DNA of 64,000 nucleotides, from NCBI RefSeq assembly GCF_009914755.1, contig NC_060933.1, one strand, 5' to 3'. The DNA comes from the human T2T-CHM13v2.0 reference genome, Homo sapiens. Shown here one piece after another: positions 1 through 15,850 of this stretch (positions are counted from its first letter, which is position 1; the number at the start of each line of letters is the position of its first letter). The position numbers and the translations under genes were made by a program. Below the pieces are notes generated by a model. It was not told where the DNA came from and searched no databases. It was given only the letters and a program-made list of their open reading frames with translations.

Positions 1-40
1 AAAATTGTAAAGTGACCTGCAAAAACAAATGAAGAAGTAA

Positions 41-638
<598 letters not shown>

Positions 639-1661
639 AAAAAGTTTGCTTTTAATACAAAGTGGCAGGTTCAAAACAAAGATCACTCGGTAGCAGGTGG
701 GTTATAATCCTACCATTTATGAATGCTGTTCAAGGGAGACTATTCTGGAGGATAAAAGAGAAGGCTTCGAAATTATGCATTTCAATTTCCCTCTACCAAA
801 GAACTAACCCAATCTAGAAAAGATTTTTAAAACTAAATTAAATATCTCCTAAAAAGATTCTATCACTGCATTTGGTAAATAGTTTCATTATCTTATGAAT
901 CTGAAAGTCTGACATAAAGAGAGCACTAGTGCCAAATAGGAAAAGGGCCAGGCAACTAAGTGTCTGCCAGACAGATGCCAGGGCTGGGCTCACAGCAATA
1001 GATTCTCAGGTGTAGTGCTCCAAAAAATAAATCAACTTTGTAATTGAAAACGAAAACAAAACAACAATAGCAATGAGAGAGAAAGAGAGAAAAGAAAGAA
1101 GGAAGTCTTTTTCAATTTGCCTATTTGGCTTTGTTAATTTATTCATCTTTTATATATGATAACTTTCCAAGCTATTGGTTAATTTTGACACAATTCTAAA
1201 ACATATCAAGAAATAGCTGAAGATTACTTTTTAATTCTGGTCTGCCTGCCTTGAAACTGGATGGCGATGCTTAATTCAGTTAATTTACACATATTTATTG
1301 GGAATCTGTTATACATTAATTTCTAATGCAGTGTGTTAGATGGAGGGAGATTGGCACAGAGAACTGGCACAATATATGTTAAAATACCTTCTTTGCCTTT
1401 AGGGATTTCAGGCTACCTGTGAAGCAAAGAGAGCACCGATGAATCAATTAAGAAACAATTAAGTGCCAGATTGTGAGCTGCTAATGATGAATGCAATAGG
1501 AAGGGAGAGATGATTATGAACTGTAGTCACTGGAGAATAGTGTGCAGTAGAGGTGGGGATGGGTTACTCTGTGCAGACAGAATGGGATTTGAACAGGCAG
1601 AATAGGACAGATGACAGATGAGAAGAAATTAGGAAAGGTACAGAACTTCCTTTTTCCTCTA

Positions 1662-1830
1662 TCACTCATTCATTCAACAACTTTTACGGAAAGTCTACAG
1701 TAAGCTAGGCACTAGGCTTAGGCTGAGCGTGAACTACAAAGAAAAAAGGACACAAATCATGTCCTCAAGGAGATTATAGTCTGGCAATGAAGAAAAACGT
1801 GTTATAAATAACCGTAATACAATGCAGATG
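1662..1830 (-). mobile_element. L2 LINE 3' end fragment
   Basis: cattcattcaacaa (reverse of the L2 TGAA tail), followed by ctaggcactagg...ctcaaggagattatagtctgg. Confidence 0.7.
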
Positions 1831-2711
1831 TAATATGGGTCAAAAGAGAGCTTCCAGTGATTGCAGCCAAGAGCAATGAGCAATAAATAGGTCATACTGA
1901 TTTAAGTGGGTCTCCCATGGTCATGTCAGTTATGTCACCTTAATTTGGATATTGCTTCTGTGAGATTAGAACTTTCATTTTGACAAGGATGATCAGGTCT
2001 GGAGAGCTGGTCATGCTAACATGAGTTAACGTAAACTAATTATAAATCAAAATTCAATTCATTATTTTCAACTGAAAAGACTTTAACCTGATAATGAACT
2101 CAAGAATACCAGAGTCAGCAAGGCTTCTTGGGAAGTGGGGAGTCAAAAAAGGTGCTGAATGACCTTATGGGTTACATAAAGACAGCAAGATTCTTTGGCT
2201 CCCCTGTGACTGGAAGTGGGATGGGGTTGTCTTATAATCATGTGCATGTTCTATTAGGCCTCTTACAAAAGACTGTCACTCCTATCTCTGCTTCAATTGA
2301 TTGCTAAATCCTATGAAACCCTCTCATCAGCTGCAACATACTACCATACCATACCAGACACTATGAGTCAAGCTCACATGACACATAATCCTTGCACTCA
2401 GAAGCCAAATCAACTCAATGAACATTTCTGGTCATTCATGCCATTTTTATGCCAGACATTCTTTGTGTGGCATTTAGTGGTACGTCCAGGAAATATGATC
2501 TAGAACTTTCTGTTGCTCACTTCCTACCAAACGTTTCATTGTGCAAAGCAGTATCTCTAGAGGACTGCTGAAGGAATGCAGGCCATTGCTTCACTCAGTA
2601 CTCTAAAAGATATCTCTGGGTTAATTCAGAGCATCAGAGTCTTAAACTAGGTTTTATCTAAATAGCATAAGCAGAATGCTACTGTGTTTTAATAGTTATT
2701 CTTCACCTCTA

Positions 2712-2940
2712 AGAGGGGTTTGAATTTGTGTGTGTGTGAGAATGAAAATCAGATAGTAAATATAAATATTTTAGGACTTTTGGACCATATGATCTCTGTT
2801 ACAACTATCTGACTCTCCCGTTGGGTCCAAAGCAGCTATACACAATACATAAACAAACGAACATGGCTATGTTCCAACCAAACTTTATTTATAAAAATAG
2901 GCAGCAGGCCAAATTTGGCCTGCAGGTTTGCTAATCCCTG
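2712..2940 (+). mobile_element. MER58A-like hAT-Charlie MITE
   Basis: cagatagtaaa...tattttagg...gttccaaccaaactttattt...gtttgctaatccctg follows the recalled MER58A consensus. Confidence 0.8.
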
Positions 2941-3800
2941 TTCTACGGTAATAGGCTTTAGCTAGGCACATCATCATCCTGAGTAAAGACTGTGGAAAGG
3001 CCTACAAAGAAGAGGCCAAACTACTCAAAGTCCAAATAAACGTCCTGATAAAATGTGAGCAAACAGCAAACTGACTTGCCCACATCCACCCTGCCCTTTA
3101 GGCAGAGTGAAAAAATGATAAACTGGGGCTAAACCCAGCCCTTTTTCCTGTTCCTTCTCTGTAATGAAGGTTAGAGTAGAGTTAAGCATACCTAAGCCTT
3201 ATCTTTTTATCTTTAAGAGCTTTCTGAAAGGGGAATAATAAAGACCACATCTTAGAAACATCAGCATTCACCGAGGAAGACAAATGCAGGGCTTTTTGTT
3301 TGTTGTTTTACCAAAGATTGGAAAATGTGGCCCACTAGATAACAAAACAGGAAGAGAATTAAATATGTCACTCAAGTGAAAAGAATGACACTTTGTGTTA
3401 TTATTGACACTCTGAAGAAGAGCAAACATATGCAAGATCAATGTCCTCTTCTGAGCTGGTTAAAGATAGCATTTTTAGTAATTTAATCATGTAGAGAATA
3501 ATTTCTCTGTTCATTACATTTCCAGGTAAATTTTAAGGTGCCAGGTTTTCATTTGACTGCATAGGATAATGACTTCTCAGATAAAGGGAGTCAACTCCAA
3601 CAGAATCAAAGGACTTCAGAATTTAGGAGGAGAATTTAAGGATTATGTATCACATATAATCTATGTCTGAGGAAAGTGACGCTTAGTCAATGCCCCCGAG
3701 GTAGTGAGTAGCAGAGGGAATTCCAGCTGGACCTTGACCTAATATTTTCACCATACAACGGTCTTATCTGCCTTCAAAAGCCTGGAGTAGGCTTAAACTT

Positions 3801-3802
3801 AA

Positions 3803-3834
<32 letters not shown>

Positions 3835-3838
3835 AAAC
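3801..3838 (+). repeat. (AAAAC)n microsatellite
   Basis: Direct reading. Confidence 0.9.
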
Positions 3839-5142
3839 TATCAGAGGAAAGTGAGGATGGATACAATGGCCAAACCAATATACCCTGGAGTACAAGTATT
3901 TGACTCATCAGTCAGCAACTTCTTAGCAAGGTACTTCCTCTTCAAGAAGGACTGGCCCTAAGTTAGCTGGATGTGTTACCCTATCTCTGAAATGCCTTTT
4001 GTTAAATTCAACATGGCACATAATATATTGGTGCTAGTTCATCATCAGACTCAAAAAATGTAAGCATGCGTTTAGAAAGTCAAACTCCAATGTTGACTTA
4101 TGCCAAAAAGCCAATCTACTCATGTTCTTTACGGGCTCCGGATCATGTGGAAATTTCAAGAAGGTGTCTGATTTACCCAGCTCCCTGGAGGGGAATTCGG
4201 TGAAGTAAGATTAGAAATTATTTGGTCTCTTAAGGCAAACACAGCTACAGTAGACTAGCCAAAGCCTGCAGATGAGGCCTTTTCTCACTATACGCCAATG
4301 TGATTGAGACTTGTGTCTTCTGGCTAATGTCAGGGAGCTTTTGGTACTGTAGGCAGTGAACTCATTTGACCTGATTTCTCAGTATATTAAAGCAGGTGGT
4401 GAAATCTAGGGGAAAAAAAGTGAACCTACAACCATCTGTTTTTTGTGCTCTTTAATCATTTTCAGAGCCTTCAGGCTTTTTATCAATAACGAAAAAGTTA
4501 ATAAAGTAATCTACACAACTCCCTAGGATCTTAGAATGCTTTTTATTCTTTCATTAAATAGAATTGGAAGAATTCACCAAATTAAGGCCAATTGCAAATG
4601 TATCCACAACTGCTTATCCATTATCTGGAATTTCCTACCTCTGTGGTTCTATCATTGCTGCCTGTCCTTTGAGTCATCTGATTACTTACTATGATAGGCA
4701 AGTTGGCTAATCAAAGTAGAAGGGAAGCTCAAATCATTTTATGGTGTCCTTCTTACTGGTTCCAGTAAAAAGTGATTGTCTGGATTTTGGGGGAGAGGGG
4801 TTGAGAGATAAAGACTGTAGGTTAAAACAAAGAAATAACATTCCTGAATTATCTGTAACTTAGAACATCTTTCATGTTAGTATGGATAATTGCTGCTTAG
4901 CTAAACATGGCTAAGTTTTCATAATGATAACCAAAAACCTATTGGGTTTGTTTTCCAGTCAATTTTATATAATTTTCCTTCTTGACTTTATAAATATGAA
5001 ACTGTCTGTAGACAATGTTGGTAAAGATTAATAATTTGTTCTTCATGGTAAGTGATTTATAAAACACCTAATCATAGGTATTTATCTACTGATTCATCTA
5101 TCTACCTATCTATCCATCTATCTTATCTAAAAACTGTCAATC

Positions 5143-5194
<52 letters not shown>
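5143..5194 (+). repeat. (ATCT)13 perfect tetranucleotide STR within a degenerate 5080-5211 array
   Basis: 52 bp of uninterrupted ATCT. Confidence 0.97.
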
Positions 5195-5221
5195 GTCATG
5201 CATCCATCCATCCTGTGTGAG

Positions 5222-5479
5222 GCTGTATTTCAGTGGTTAAAAGCTTGGGCTCTGGAATAAGCAAATTTGAATTCAACTCCTCCTCCATTCACTTACTAAG
5301 TATGTGGCCTTGAACAAATTATTCAGTCTGAATCCTAGTTTCCTCTTATGTTAGACGGGGATGCTAATAACTATGTACCATTGTAGGTGACTTTGAGGAT
5401 TAAATGAAATAACACATGTAAATGACCAAGCACAGAATCTAACATATATTAAATATTCAGTAAATAGCAGCTATTATTG
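5222..5479 (+). mobile_element. MIR SINE, near full length
   Basis: cagtggttaaaagcttgggctctgga...gtggccttgaacaaattatt...gaggattaaatgaaataa...gctattatt. Confidence 0.85.
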
Positions 5480-7029
5480 TCTTTGATAAGGCTTTTCATA
5501 TCCCAGACCTTCAACAACAGCAGGAAAAAAGACTTGAATGCCTTCGGCTCTAAAGCTTCATAATATTTAACAGCCAAAGAGAGACTGGTGCTTATACCAT
5601 GGTCATTAAAATAGTAGAAATTACCCATCTATTATTTCGTGAAACAATCACTTCTATTATTTCATGAAACAATCACTTGTGAAAGTCAAACATGAGCACT
5701 GCTGTCAGGAACAGAGGGTAGAGGGGAGAGGCACTGTAGTAAATGTGATGACGGAAATAAAAGAGATATGTACACAGTGTTAAGATAGAAGACATAGTGA
5801 CTTACTGTTACTGGTGTTGGGCAAGGCTTTCAGAAAGGGTGACTCTTGAGTCGGGTCTTAAAGGATGAATAGGAGTTCATCAGAGAGAAAAGAAGACAGG
5901 TATGCTTGGCCTCTGCTCCCAGTATTTTTTTAAGTCGCTTGCACTGAATCTCACAACCACTAGAGTTGTGGAGAGAACTGCTACTACACTACAACCTTTA
6001 AGTAGGTGTGTGTGGCAGGGAGATTCTCCTAATACCAGAAATGTAGATGTTAAGTATTCCCTAAATCTACTCTGAAGACCTACCACTAGAGACAGGCAGC
6101 ACCAAAAGAAGTTGGTCCTAAGCTCAGAAATATTTCTGTAAGATGAATATTTCTGTAAGGTGATAATGAATAAGAAATTAGGTCCAGAATAACAATGAAG
6201 TATGTTTCAATTATAAAGATAGGAACAATTATAAAGATATGAAGATATCTTTATAAAGATATATATAAAGATATAAAAATATAAAGATATGAAAAAAAGG
6301 AGGCAATATAACATACTGAAGATGCACTAGGGGAATATACACAAAAAAGTCAGAAAGGAAAAGGGCTAACAATTATCTCAAACACAGAGAAAGGAATTAT
6401 TCTGAGTTATTTGTGAACATGATTTTTAGTACTGGGAAATCAGCGATGTTTAACATATGGGACCTACATCTTTGCCAGTGCTGTCATATTTGCCAGTTCC
6501 TGGAGCATCTGCAGTGATTACACTGGAGAAACATGTGGAACACAGCAGCAAATGAGTGACTCTATGATGCCCAGGTCCTATTTCTGTTGAGAGGTTTACC
6601 TGGCTAAGGAAAATGTAAAGTGCTCACTACTAAGACGGTGAAGAATAAAGTAAGTAACACTCGGGCCTCCTGGCACAGTGGGATTAAGGCAAGCCAGGCA
6701 GGCTGCTTGGGCACTGATGTATAGGTGGTGCCAAAACATCCCTGGAGGAGACCTGAAATGTGGGTCCAGTTAACTCTGGTTTATACACACAACCCCTTAC
6801 ATAACTGGCAGGAATAAACTGATTCTACTCCCTTTGAAGTAAAGAGAGTATTCTACAAAAAATGAAGGAAACAAACCTCCCTCCCTCAGTTTCACTTAGC
6901 TAAGGTGACCAAAGGTGACAGGTCCCTGCCTGTCCTGGAGAGTCGCTGTTTCACCATAATTATTAATACAGCCTCCTCTTTCTCAATGTGTCCTGGTTCA
7001 GATGATTAATCAAATAGCTGAAGAGATAA

Positions 7030-7760
7030 AATCTTCTATGCAGAAGAATGCCAATGTAGACCAACTGATAAAAGAGGAAAATAATTATTTTACAAATCCC
7101 AATGGAATTATTAAATCTGGCAAAAATTATCAGTTGGAAATAAAACTATCAGAGGAAGAGCTGATGAAGAACTAGAGACTGCTCAATGACAAACTAACAC
7201 AACAAGAGACAAGTAAAATACAACTTTATAATGGAGGGTGCCACTACCCTAACGCCATGGTAAATCTTACCTTCATCCACCATGGGTAAACAAGTGTACA
7301 ACATCACTTATAATACATTCTAGTCACAACGTTTAACTTGAATCTAATAAAGACTTTAAATGTAACTTCTAGTTTAGAGTAAATCAATGAGATCCAGGAG
7401 CAAGCTAAATCATACTATGAGAAGCAATCAGGCAAATCTAGGCCAATCTCTTGAATGTGCCAGTGAAATGCAAAATGGGTCTCTACTAGATTAAAAGAAC
7501 CTTATGGGACACAACAACCAGATGCAATGTGAAGTCCTGAAATCAACCACCTCTAGAGGACATTTTGGAAGAATTTGGGAAATCTGAATATGAACTGGGT
7601 ATAGAATGATAAAAAGAACTTAATTAATTTTAGGTATAATAATGTATTATTATTTAGGTAGGAAAATGTCCTACTTTTTTAAAAAAGATACATATTGATG
7701 TCTAAGGATGTAAGTACATGTTGTTAGAATTCACTTTATTACTTCAGCATAAAATGTGAT
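7030..7760 (+). mobile_element. Ancient L1 (L1ME/L1MC-type) 3' UTR fragment
   Basis: Typical motifs: aacttgaatctaat, ctagattaaaaga...acaacaaccagatgcaatgtg, gggaaatctgaatatgaactgg. Confidence 0.7.
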
Positions 7761-7815
7761 TAAAAAAGATTTAGGTGACGTATGTCTACATATATATACA
7801 TATATATAAGAATAA

Positions 7816-8149
<334 letters not shown>

Positions 8150-8699
8150 TAATTTAGAAAATCAATTTATCCTCATTCCCACTAGGGAAATGTAGAACTA
8201 TTTAAAGAATAATCATTTGAAGGAGTTTAGATCAGCCTGTGCTAGAGGGCCCCACGTTTTGGTCTTGCTTTATCGTAAGGAGTGTGCCCGTTTCTATGGC
8301 AGACTAAGCCTGCACTGACAGAACTCTAAGATAGCAGCTTTTCCCAGGATCACAGCACTGACAGGTCTAGAGAAACTGTCTGGGAGAGCTCTTGCCCTAA
8401 GCAAGTTAGATATGGCAGCATCCAATCCTCATACTAACTAATGGGTCCATGTCTAGAAATCTGCAAATCTAAACTGAGGGTATGTCATCAGAGATATGAT
8501 GAAGTCTTGTCTCAAGAACATATCCATAGTCCAATACAGGTGTCCTAGGTGCAAAGAGGACTCTCTCAGAGGGTCTATCCCAGGAGGAGGAGGCAAACCC
8601 TAAGGGGGAGACGTAACCCTAGTAAGCACATAATTACTAGATAATGGGGGCCTCTGACTACCCAGTAGCAGGACTCTCCGTAGGGAGAACAGTTACAGT

Positions 8700-9330
8700 T
8701 GACAGGTAAAGAGTAGACCAGGTAGGGAGGGGAGGAGATAAGACTGAAACTAAAAGTTAAAAGATAGAGGTTAGAAGAAAAATGATGCAAGGTGAAGAAT
8801 TTATCAGTAAATGTAACTTTATAATGGAGGATGAGTTAGTTTTAAAGGCTAGGGCAAGACATCACAGTAGCAAAGTGAGAAGCAGAGAGGAGTTAAGAGA
8901 GAGCCAGAGAGATTCAAAACTGAGGGTGGAGGGTAAATAAACAGACAGGAGAGACATAATGAATGGGAACAGGGAATGATGGATGAGACAGCAGCAACAT
9001 GGGGAGATAGATGGAATCTGAAATGGCAAAAGAAACAGAAGGACAGAGGGGGCAGGAGTAAAAAAGACAGCTGGTCAAAGGTTGAGGGGGCAGAATTTAG
9101 AACATGCAAGAGCTGAATGCATCTTTTTCATCTCTGTACTCACAGAAACTTATACAGTGGGAGCCCAGGAGGAAGGAACAAAGGGACGAAGGACAGAGGG
9201 AGGGAGAATGGCAGAATGGAAGGCAGGCATGCAGGACAGCAGAAGAGAAAGACCAGAAATGAGAAGAACTATATGAAGGTATGGAAGAAGGATGATGAAA
9301 GGAAGAATGAAGAAAGCACACATTTCAGAG
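8700..9330 (+). repeat. Purine-rich (GA) low-complexity tract
   Basis: Strong A/G strand bias, non-periodic. Confidence 0.6.
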
Positions 9331-10537
9331 GCACACAAGGGGGTTAATGCTAGTTAAAATATTAAATACTACAAAAATGGTGCTCATGAGCACTGTGTCA
9401 CATTTCAGAATGGCATAATTCAAATTTACCATAAGAATACAAGAAATAGTTTGATCAGGCAACATTTCTGTGGCTGATGTGAATCATATCTTATACAAAT
9501 GCCTAGAATTAGAGTAAAAGCATGACAATTTTACTGAAAAAACAGAGTCATATAGCTCTTAGATATTCCATGCACTTTTGAGTGATGTCAAGCAGCCTAT
9601 CAGGGCCTCTTATTTTCCCCAAGGGCCCACTCTCATCCAGTGGATCACTTTATCATATGAACTGGCATAAGGTTACTGATTATTTTCCACCCATTCTTCT
9701 GTCTGCCCAGATCCAAAACAAGAGGCAGATGCTGTATTAATATAACTAATGTACACAGAAACCTGGCTAAATACCACCAAAAGAAAACTCACTATTCAGG
9801 TGCCTGGTTATCTACATTGCTGACTACATTGATCACATTAATCCAATGATTGCCAAATCTTTACTTCCTTTCTGTTAGGTGAGATTTAATTCTAGAGAAG
9901 TAATAGATTTCTAGGATGTAAATCTTTCCCAGGACATGAGTCTGACTGACAGCTCACAAAATAATTCTGGAATGTATGCAAAATTAGACTCACATGAAAT
10001 TTTCACGCAAAGGAAAACCTATCCATCAACATAATAGTGGCTCTCAGAAAGCAGTCAAGTTCTGGGTCTGAAAACTGGAAACCAGGAAGTCTGATGTTTT
10101 AAGAAGCCATAATCAAACATATTTTTTGTTTGCAGTTTCTAATGTGTGTAGGTGTTTTCTAGCACATGAATAAGATTGGATTTTCTATCAAAAATTATTA
10201 TTACAAGATTTCAAATCACAATGGCATATGTGAGAATTGCTAGTTTGCAATTTGGGGGAGGAGACAGGTTGGTGAAATCAGATTCCTAGAGTCTTCAGTT
10301 TGTTTTTCAAACAGAAAACAGTAAAAGAAATATTCTCCCTGACTCATGATACCAGTCCTTTATAACCTAATTTAGATTTATGAGGTTGGCATAAGTTCAA
10401 TATCTATATTCCCTAACTTTTAAAGTTTTAATCATATATGACATATACAGGACAGAATAAAGAAGTTATGATAATCATAAAACCTCCACATGGAAGTAAA
10501 GAGAAAAATCCATAGGGCCACCTGGAAAGATACTCAC

Positions 10538-10716
<179 letters not shown>

Positions 10717-11515
10717 TTAATACCCTATTACTTTCCAAATTTTCTTTGCTTTGCATATTACATTATATACAATTCAGGTAACACCTTCCTTCATATACTG
10801 GTCTTTAAACTGGTTTACAATAAAGTCATGTTTCATATTTTTTGTTTTTCTTAGAGAGAACTCAGTCCCAAATCTTTCCCTCTAGAGTAAACCTTGATGC
10901 TACTTAGAATTGATTAGAGGAAACTAGAGGAAGGTGGCGTATTCAGCTCTCCCATCAAAACAATAAGAATGTTATGCTTACACATACCACTATTTTCACA
11001 TATTATCATAATCCTAAAATGTTATTATTAAAAGAAAAGGAGGCAGGAGTAATTATCCCCTCTATGTTTATAGTTTATTATAATCAAACATATAATATAG
11101 CCAGCTTATGGGTGTTGTATGTCTAAGCAGAAACTCAATCAGAATCCTCAACTAATCAGGATTAGCTTCTCTAGTTCACTTTTAGGACAGGGCGTAAAAC
11201 CATTAGAAGAACAATTAATAGTAATAATTTAATCTGGACAACAATGACAATTACCCCTCCACTCTTATGCACCCAAACTTTCAAAATATTTGTTTTGTAT
11301 CTGCCTTATCTATATTACCAGATTGAGTACGCCCTATTCAATTTTTTAACAATGTAAAATAACTTGGCTATATTCATTTAGCAGGAAAGAGATAAAGAGA
11401 TTAAAATGTTTTAAAAATAAGATTGCAATGAAAATATTTTATGGTCAACCCTCAAATTAGCCGGAATACACGACTGCCTAACAATCCAAATCAAACTAAG
11501 GTTTATGGAATGCAA

Positions 11516-11568
11516 TATATATATATACACACACATATATATATACACACACAAAGTATATATACATA
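11516..11568 (+). repeat. Compound (TA)n/(CA)n microsatellite
   Basis: Direct reading. Confidence 0.9.
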
Positions 11569-12254
11569 AATATGCAACTAAGCACAAATAACTAATTGTG
11601 TTGGACACTGGAGGCAGATGGCTGATAATTACTGAAACAATCCTGATTTTGTATAGAAATACAAACTTCTAAACAAGGTTAGGGAATGGCTATCATGATG
11701 ACATCATGGCCAAACTATTCATTTCACAAGAGTATTAAGCAGATAGAATTTTAATAAATGTGATCCATGTTAGGCCTTTACCTTCCTTCCTTTCTCTTGT
11801 GTGAGAAGGGCCCCATGCCAATAGACTAATCTTGACTTAAGGTTTTAGGAAGCTCAACACACTAAGACTGAAGAAATCACCTTTCTTATTTGTTCTGTTC
11901 TGACTGTGACAATCGGATCTAGTAACTGAGAAGCCCTAGCTCTTGCTGGTATTCTGATTTTGGAAAATGAATCCCTGTAGCTGCTTTCTGTACTGAGTCC
12001 CTGTGTAGGCAATCTTCCGTGTTCTCCCACCCACAATCTTACCAGCCTGGAGTCCTGTTCCTGAATCCCACGCCAGGTGGGGCCCACCTCAATCATCGTT
12101 CCCCTCTGAGACTCGCCCTTTGAAAACAGAGCATCACTGGCTCCTCAATGAATCCCCACTGCTGTGCTCTGCCTCTTAGGCAGTGTAATATTTGTTGTCT
12201 TTCTCTCTAATCATGGTTTAAGTTCCAAGTTCCAAGATAGGCTCAACACCGCAT

Positions 12255-12373
12255 AATCAGGGCCTAGCAAGGTGCCTGGCAAGTGGTAGATGTTCAATAA
12301 ATATTTGTTGGTTGGTTGGAAGGAACAAAGGAAAGAAGGAAGGAAGGGAAGGAGGGAGGGAGGGAGGGAGGAA
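12255..12373 (+). mobile_element. L2 3' end running into a GGAA/GGGA repeat
   Basis: cctagcaaggtgcctggca...ttcaataaatatttgttgg, then a purine repeat. Confidence 0.75.
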
Positions 12374-13584
12374 CTGAACTACACTAGAAATTAGGCATTC
12401 TAACTTCTAATTCTGGCTTTACCCATAACACTGGTCATAACCTTTAGGAGAAACTACTTTTCCTCTTTATAACTTAATTTTCTGTGTTCATAAGAAAAGG
12501 CAATTAAACCAAATCACCAAAGAGCTCATCTAGCCATAAGCTGTATGATTGTAAATATATAATGAATACATCTACAACGCACAGAGCACCAAAATGTTAA
12601 GACACTGTCCCTCTGGGAGCACCCAGTACCACTGAGCAAAACAAGAACTTACTATGTCACACAATAACTGAGAATATAGAACAGAATGCAGTTACATACG
12701 CACATGAGCGATGCTGCATGGGGATGGTGTTAAGTGCAACTGTGTACGGACCAAGGAGGTCAAACGAGGTGTCAGAGAGAAGGTGGGATTTAGCTGGCGG
12801 GTGAAGATGAAGATGAATGATCCCTCCAAGGAAAAGCAGCATGGACAAAATAAACATGGCACTTTTTAAAAACTGTGACTGCTGTTCACAGTTAAAAGAA
12901 GCTACTTTCTTTTGACTGCAAAAAACAAAAAAAACAAAAACAAAAACAAAACAAAAAAAAACTGTCTTGTGAGAAAGTTTCATGTTGACTCTGAATTCAA
13001 ATTAACCTCTACAGTGTAAGTTATATTTGTCTCTGCTATAAACCCGTTACTCAGAAGTCAACCTCCATCAAAACTGAGAGAGAATATTGCCCTCAAAAAC
13101 AGAGCAATCACCATGTTGCCTTCACCTAGGTTGGAATTTCTAAGTCACTTTTACTGCCTCCTAAGCTTTGTTGTTTCATTCCATCCTTGCTGTTTTGGAA
13201 AATGACATTCAAATATAATCAACCATAATTTGCATTTATGTAAGAGCTTTCATCTCAGATTCTCTAAGTTATTTAAAAGTATGACAGCATTTTACAAAAT
13301 ATATACAGATTTTTAAAATTGTGCATATAAACGTTCCCAATGGAAATGCAATACTCTCAATTTTTTGTAAAAAAAAAAAAAAAAAGTTCTGTATGTGGAA
13401 ACAATATTTTCTAGTATGTTAGAGTAGGAAGATAAATTAGATACTTTTTTTCTATTTGTCCAAATGTCGAATGTGAAATAGTAGTAAAAATTATAAGTAG
13501 TTAAGCTAAATTAAACAATTATTAATGAAAAAGACAATGATGAAAAGGAAAAAACTCACCTCAAATATTACAAGTAACAAGTCA

Positions 13585-13962
<378 letters not shown>

Positions 13963-14759
13963 CTAGTATGATTTAATGAATCACATAAACAAAATGTAAA
14001 ATATAATTCTATTTCATTTTAAGTTACAGTTAAAATATACTGGGTGGAAATAATGATGAATGCTAGCTTTCAGAATTCTTAGCAAGCTGGTGGCAAGGCT
14101 TAGAGGGAACATTGTGAGAACTAAGTAGCTACTCTCAGGAACTCTGGCAGAATTCTAGGGAAAGACCACATGGAAACCGCAAGATGTGCCAATGTGGTAA
14201 TGTCTTGTTTTCAGATTCAGTCGTCATAAAATTCAGGTAAATCTTCGATGTGTTGATGTTTCCATGTTTGCTTCTGCAAAGGGAAGGAGGAACTGAGGTC
14301 CTACCAAAGTGGGTCTTACCCAGCCCACAGCAGGCCAAGCCTTTAGGTGAAATGAAAAAGACCTCATAGTCACTTTGGAAGGATTTTCAAAATCTCATTA
14401 ACAGCTGAAGGCGGCTTTAGACTGGAATGTCACACCTACCCAGAAGTAGAAAGCCAAATGGTAACTTCCACATTTGTGGAAGCTCTTAGACACAAATATC
14501 CAGCTTATTAGGCCTGCTCTGTCTGAAGGGATGCCCAACACACACAGAAGACCTCAAAATCAGAAAAAGTGCAAGCCAGCATCAGACTTCATCTCAATTC
14601 TGAACTGCAGCACACATCTTCCTACTTTTTTTCTAAGTGCTTATTTCCTTTTGGCACTTGACTCTAAAGAAAAAAATCACCAACTCCTAAATGGACTGTG
14701 GAAAAAAAAAAAAAAACCCTCAGCCTTTTTGGTTTTGTTTTCTTCTGCTCAAAGGAAGT

Positions 14760-15000
14760 ACAGAGTGAAATGATGGATGCTGAGACAAGACTGCTGGTGT
14801 TGTAATTCCACTTCCACCCAGTACTAGCTGACTGTCATCTTGTACAAGCTATTTAACATCCTCAACCTCTGCTTCCTAATTACCTCCCTCTCATAATCCA
14901 TTAAATGGAGGTAATCATAGCACTTATTTTAGAGGGATAAATTACAGAATGCATATAAAATACTCGAAGAAGAGCCAGACACTTAAGGCTACTAGTTATT
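14760..15000 (+). mobile_element. MIR SINE
   Basis: Core ctagctg...cttgtacaagctatttaac...aaatggaggtaatcatagcac. Confidence 0.7.
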
Positions 15001-15669
15001 TAAAATGCAAAAAAAAAAAAAAAAAGGAAAAATAGTACAAAAAATATAAACCATGGTACAAATACCTACTAGATTCTTGTGACATTGGGAAAGTCACTGA
15101 AGCCTAAATTTGCTCAAATGTGAAATTACAGTCTGGAGGCCCTGACTGGATAATAGATCTCTGAGTTCTCAAATTTGCAAATACTGCTTAGCATAAAATC
15201 TCCTGCAGAAAACTTGGACGTGAACTGTATTTATCAGACTGTTTCACGTTTTCTGACTTCATTAGAACCTGAACCCTGACCTTTCAGGTGCATTATATGC
15301 AGAGTGACAGTTGTTGTTTTATCTTTTTCTGAGCATTACTGCATAAATGACAAAGAACAGCAAAGTCATACTGAACTGCTGCTGGCTGGGTTCTCATTGT
15401 GAGTGATTCACTCCCATAAAACAGCCTCTCCACGCTTATGATTCAACATGTGGCTCAGCAAAATTAGAAATTACTACATGACACAGCCTTTTGAAGCCCC
15501 TCATGAAAACGAAAGATCTTCTGTGTGGAGTCTTTAAGTGGTAAGGATCTACTGATTCTCCTTTACTAAGCTTCCATGTCCTTCTTAAACTTGGCATTAG
15601 ATGGAGACTACTGAATCTCAAATTAGTAATTCTGGGAACCACAGTAGCAAAGAGGAAGAACTTGAACAG

Positions 15670-15850
15670 CCTGAGACCAAATCAGGTATCAATAATAACT
15701 CTGTCATGTACCAGCCCTGTGTCTTTAGACAAGTCACTCAACCTTCCTGAACCTCAGTTTCTTCATCTATAAGATGGAACAATTTGTTGTAGGGCTGTTA
15801 GGAAAAGTAAAAGAGATGTTTCTAAAATGCCTAGTACAAAATATTATAAT
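15670..15850 (+). mobile_element. MIR SINE
   Basis: Core gacaagtcactcaaccttcctgaacctcagtttcttcatctataagatgg. Confidence 0.8.

Noticed and set aside
5143-5194. Possible identity with a named forensic or linkage STR on 9q21
   Set aside because: A marker name cannot be assigned from the sequence alone.
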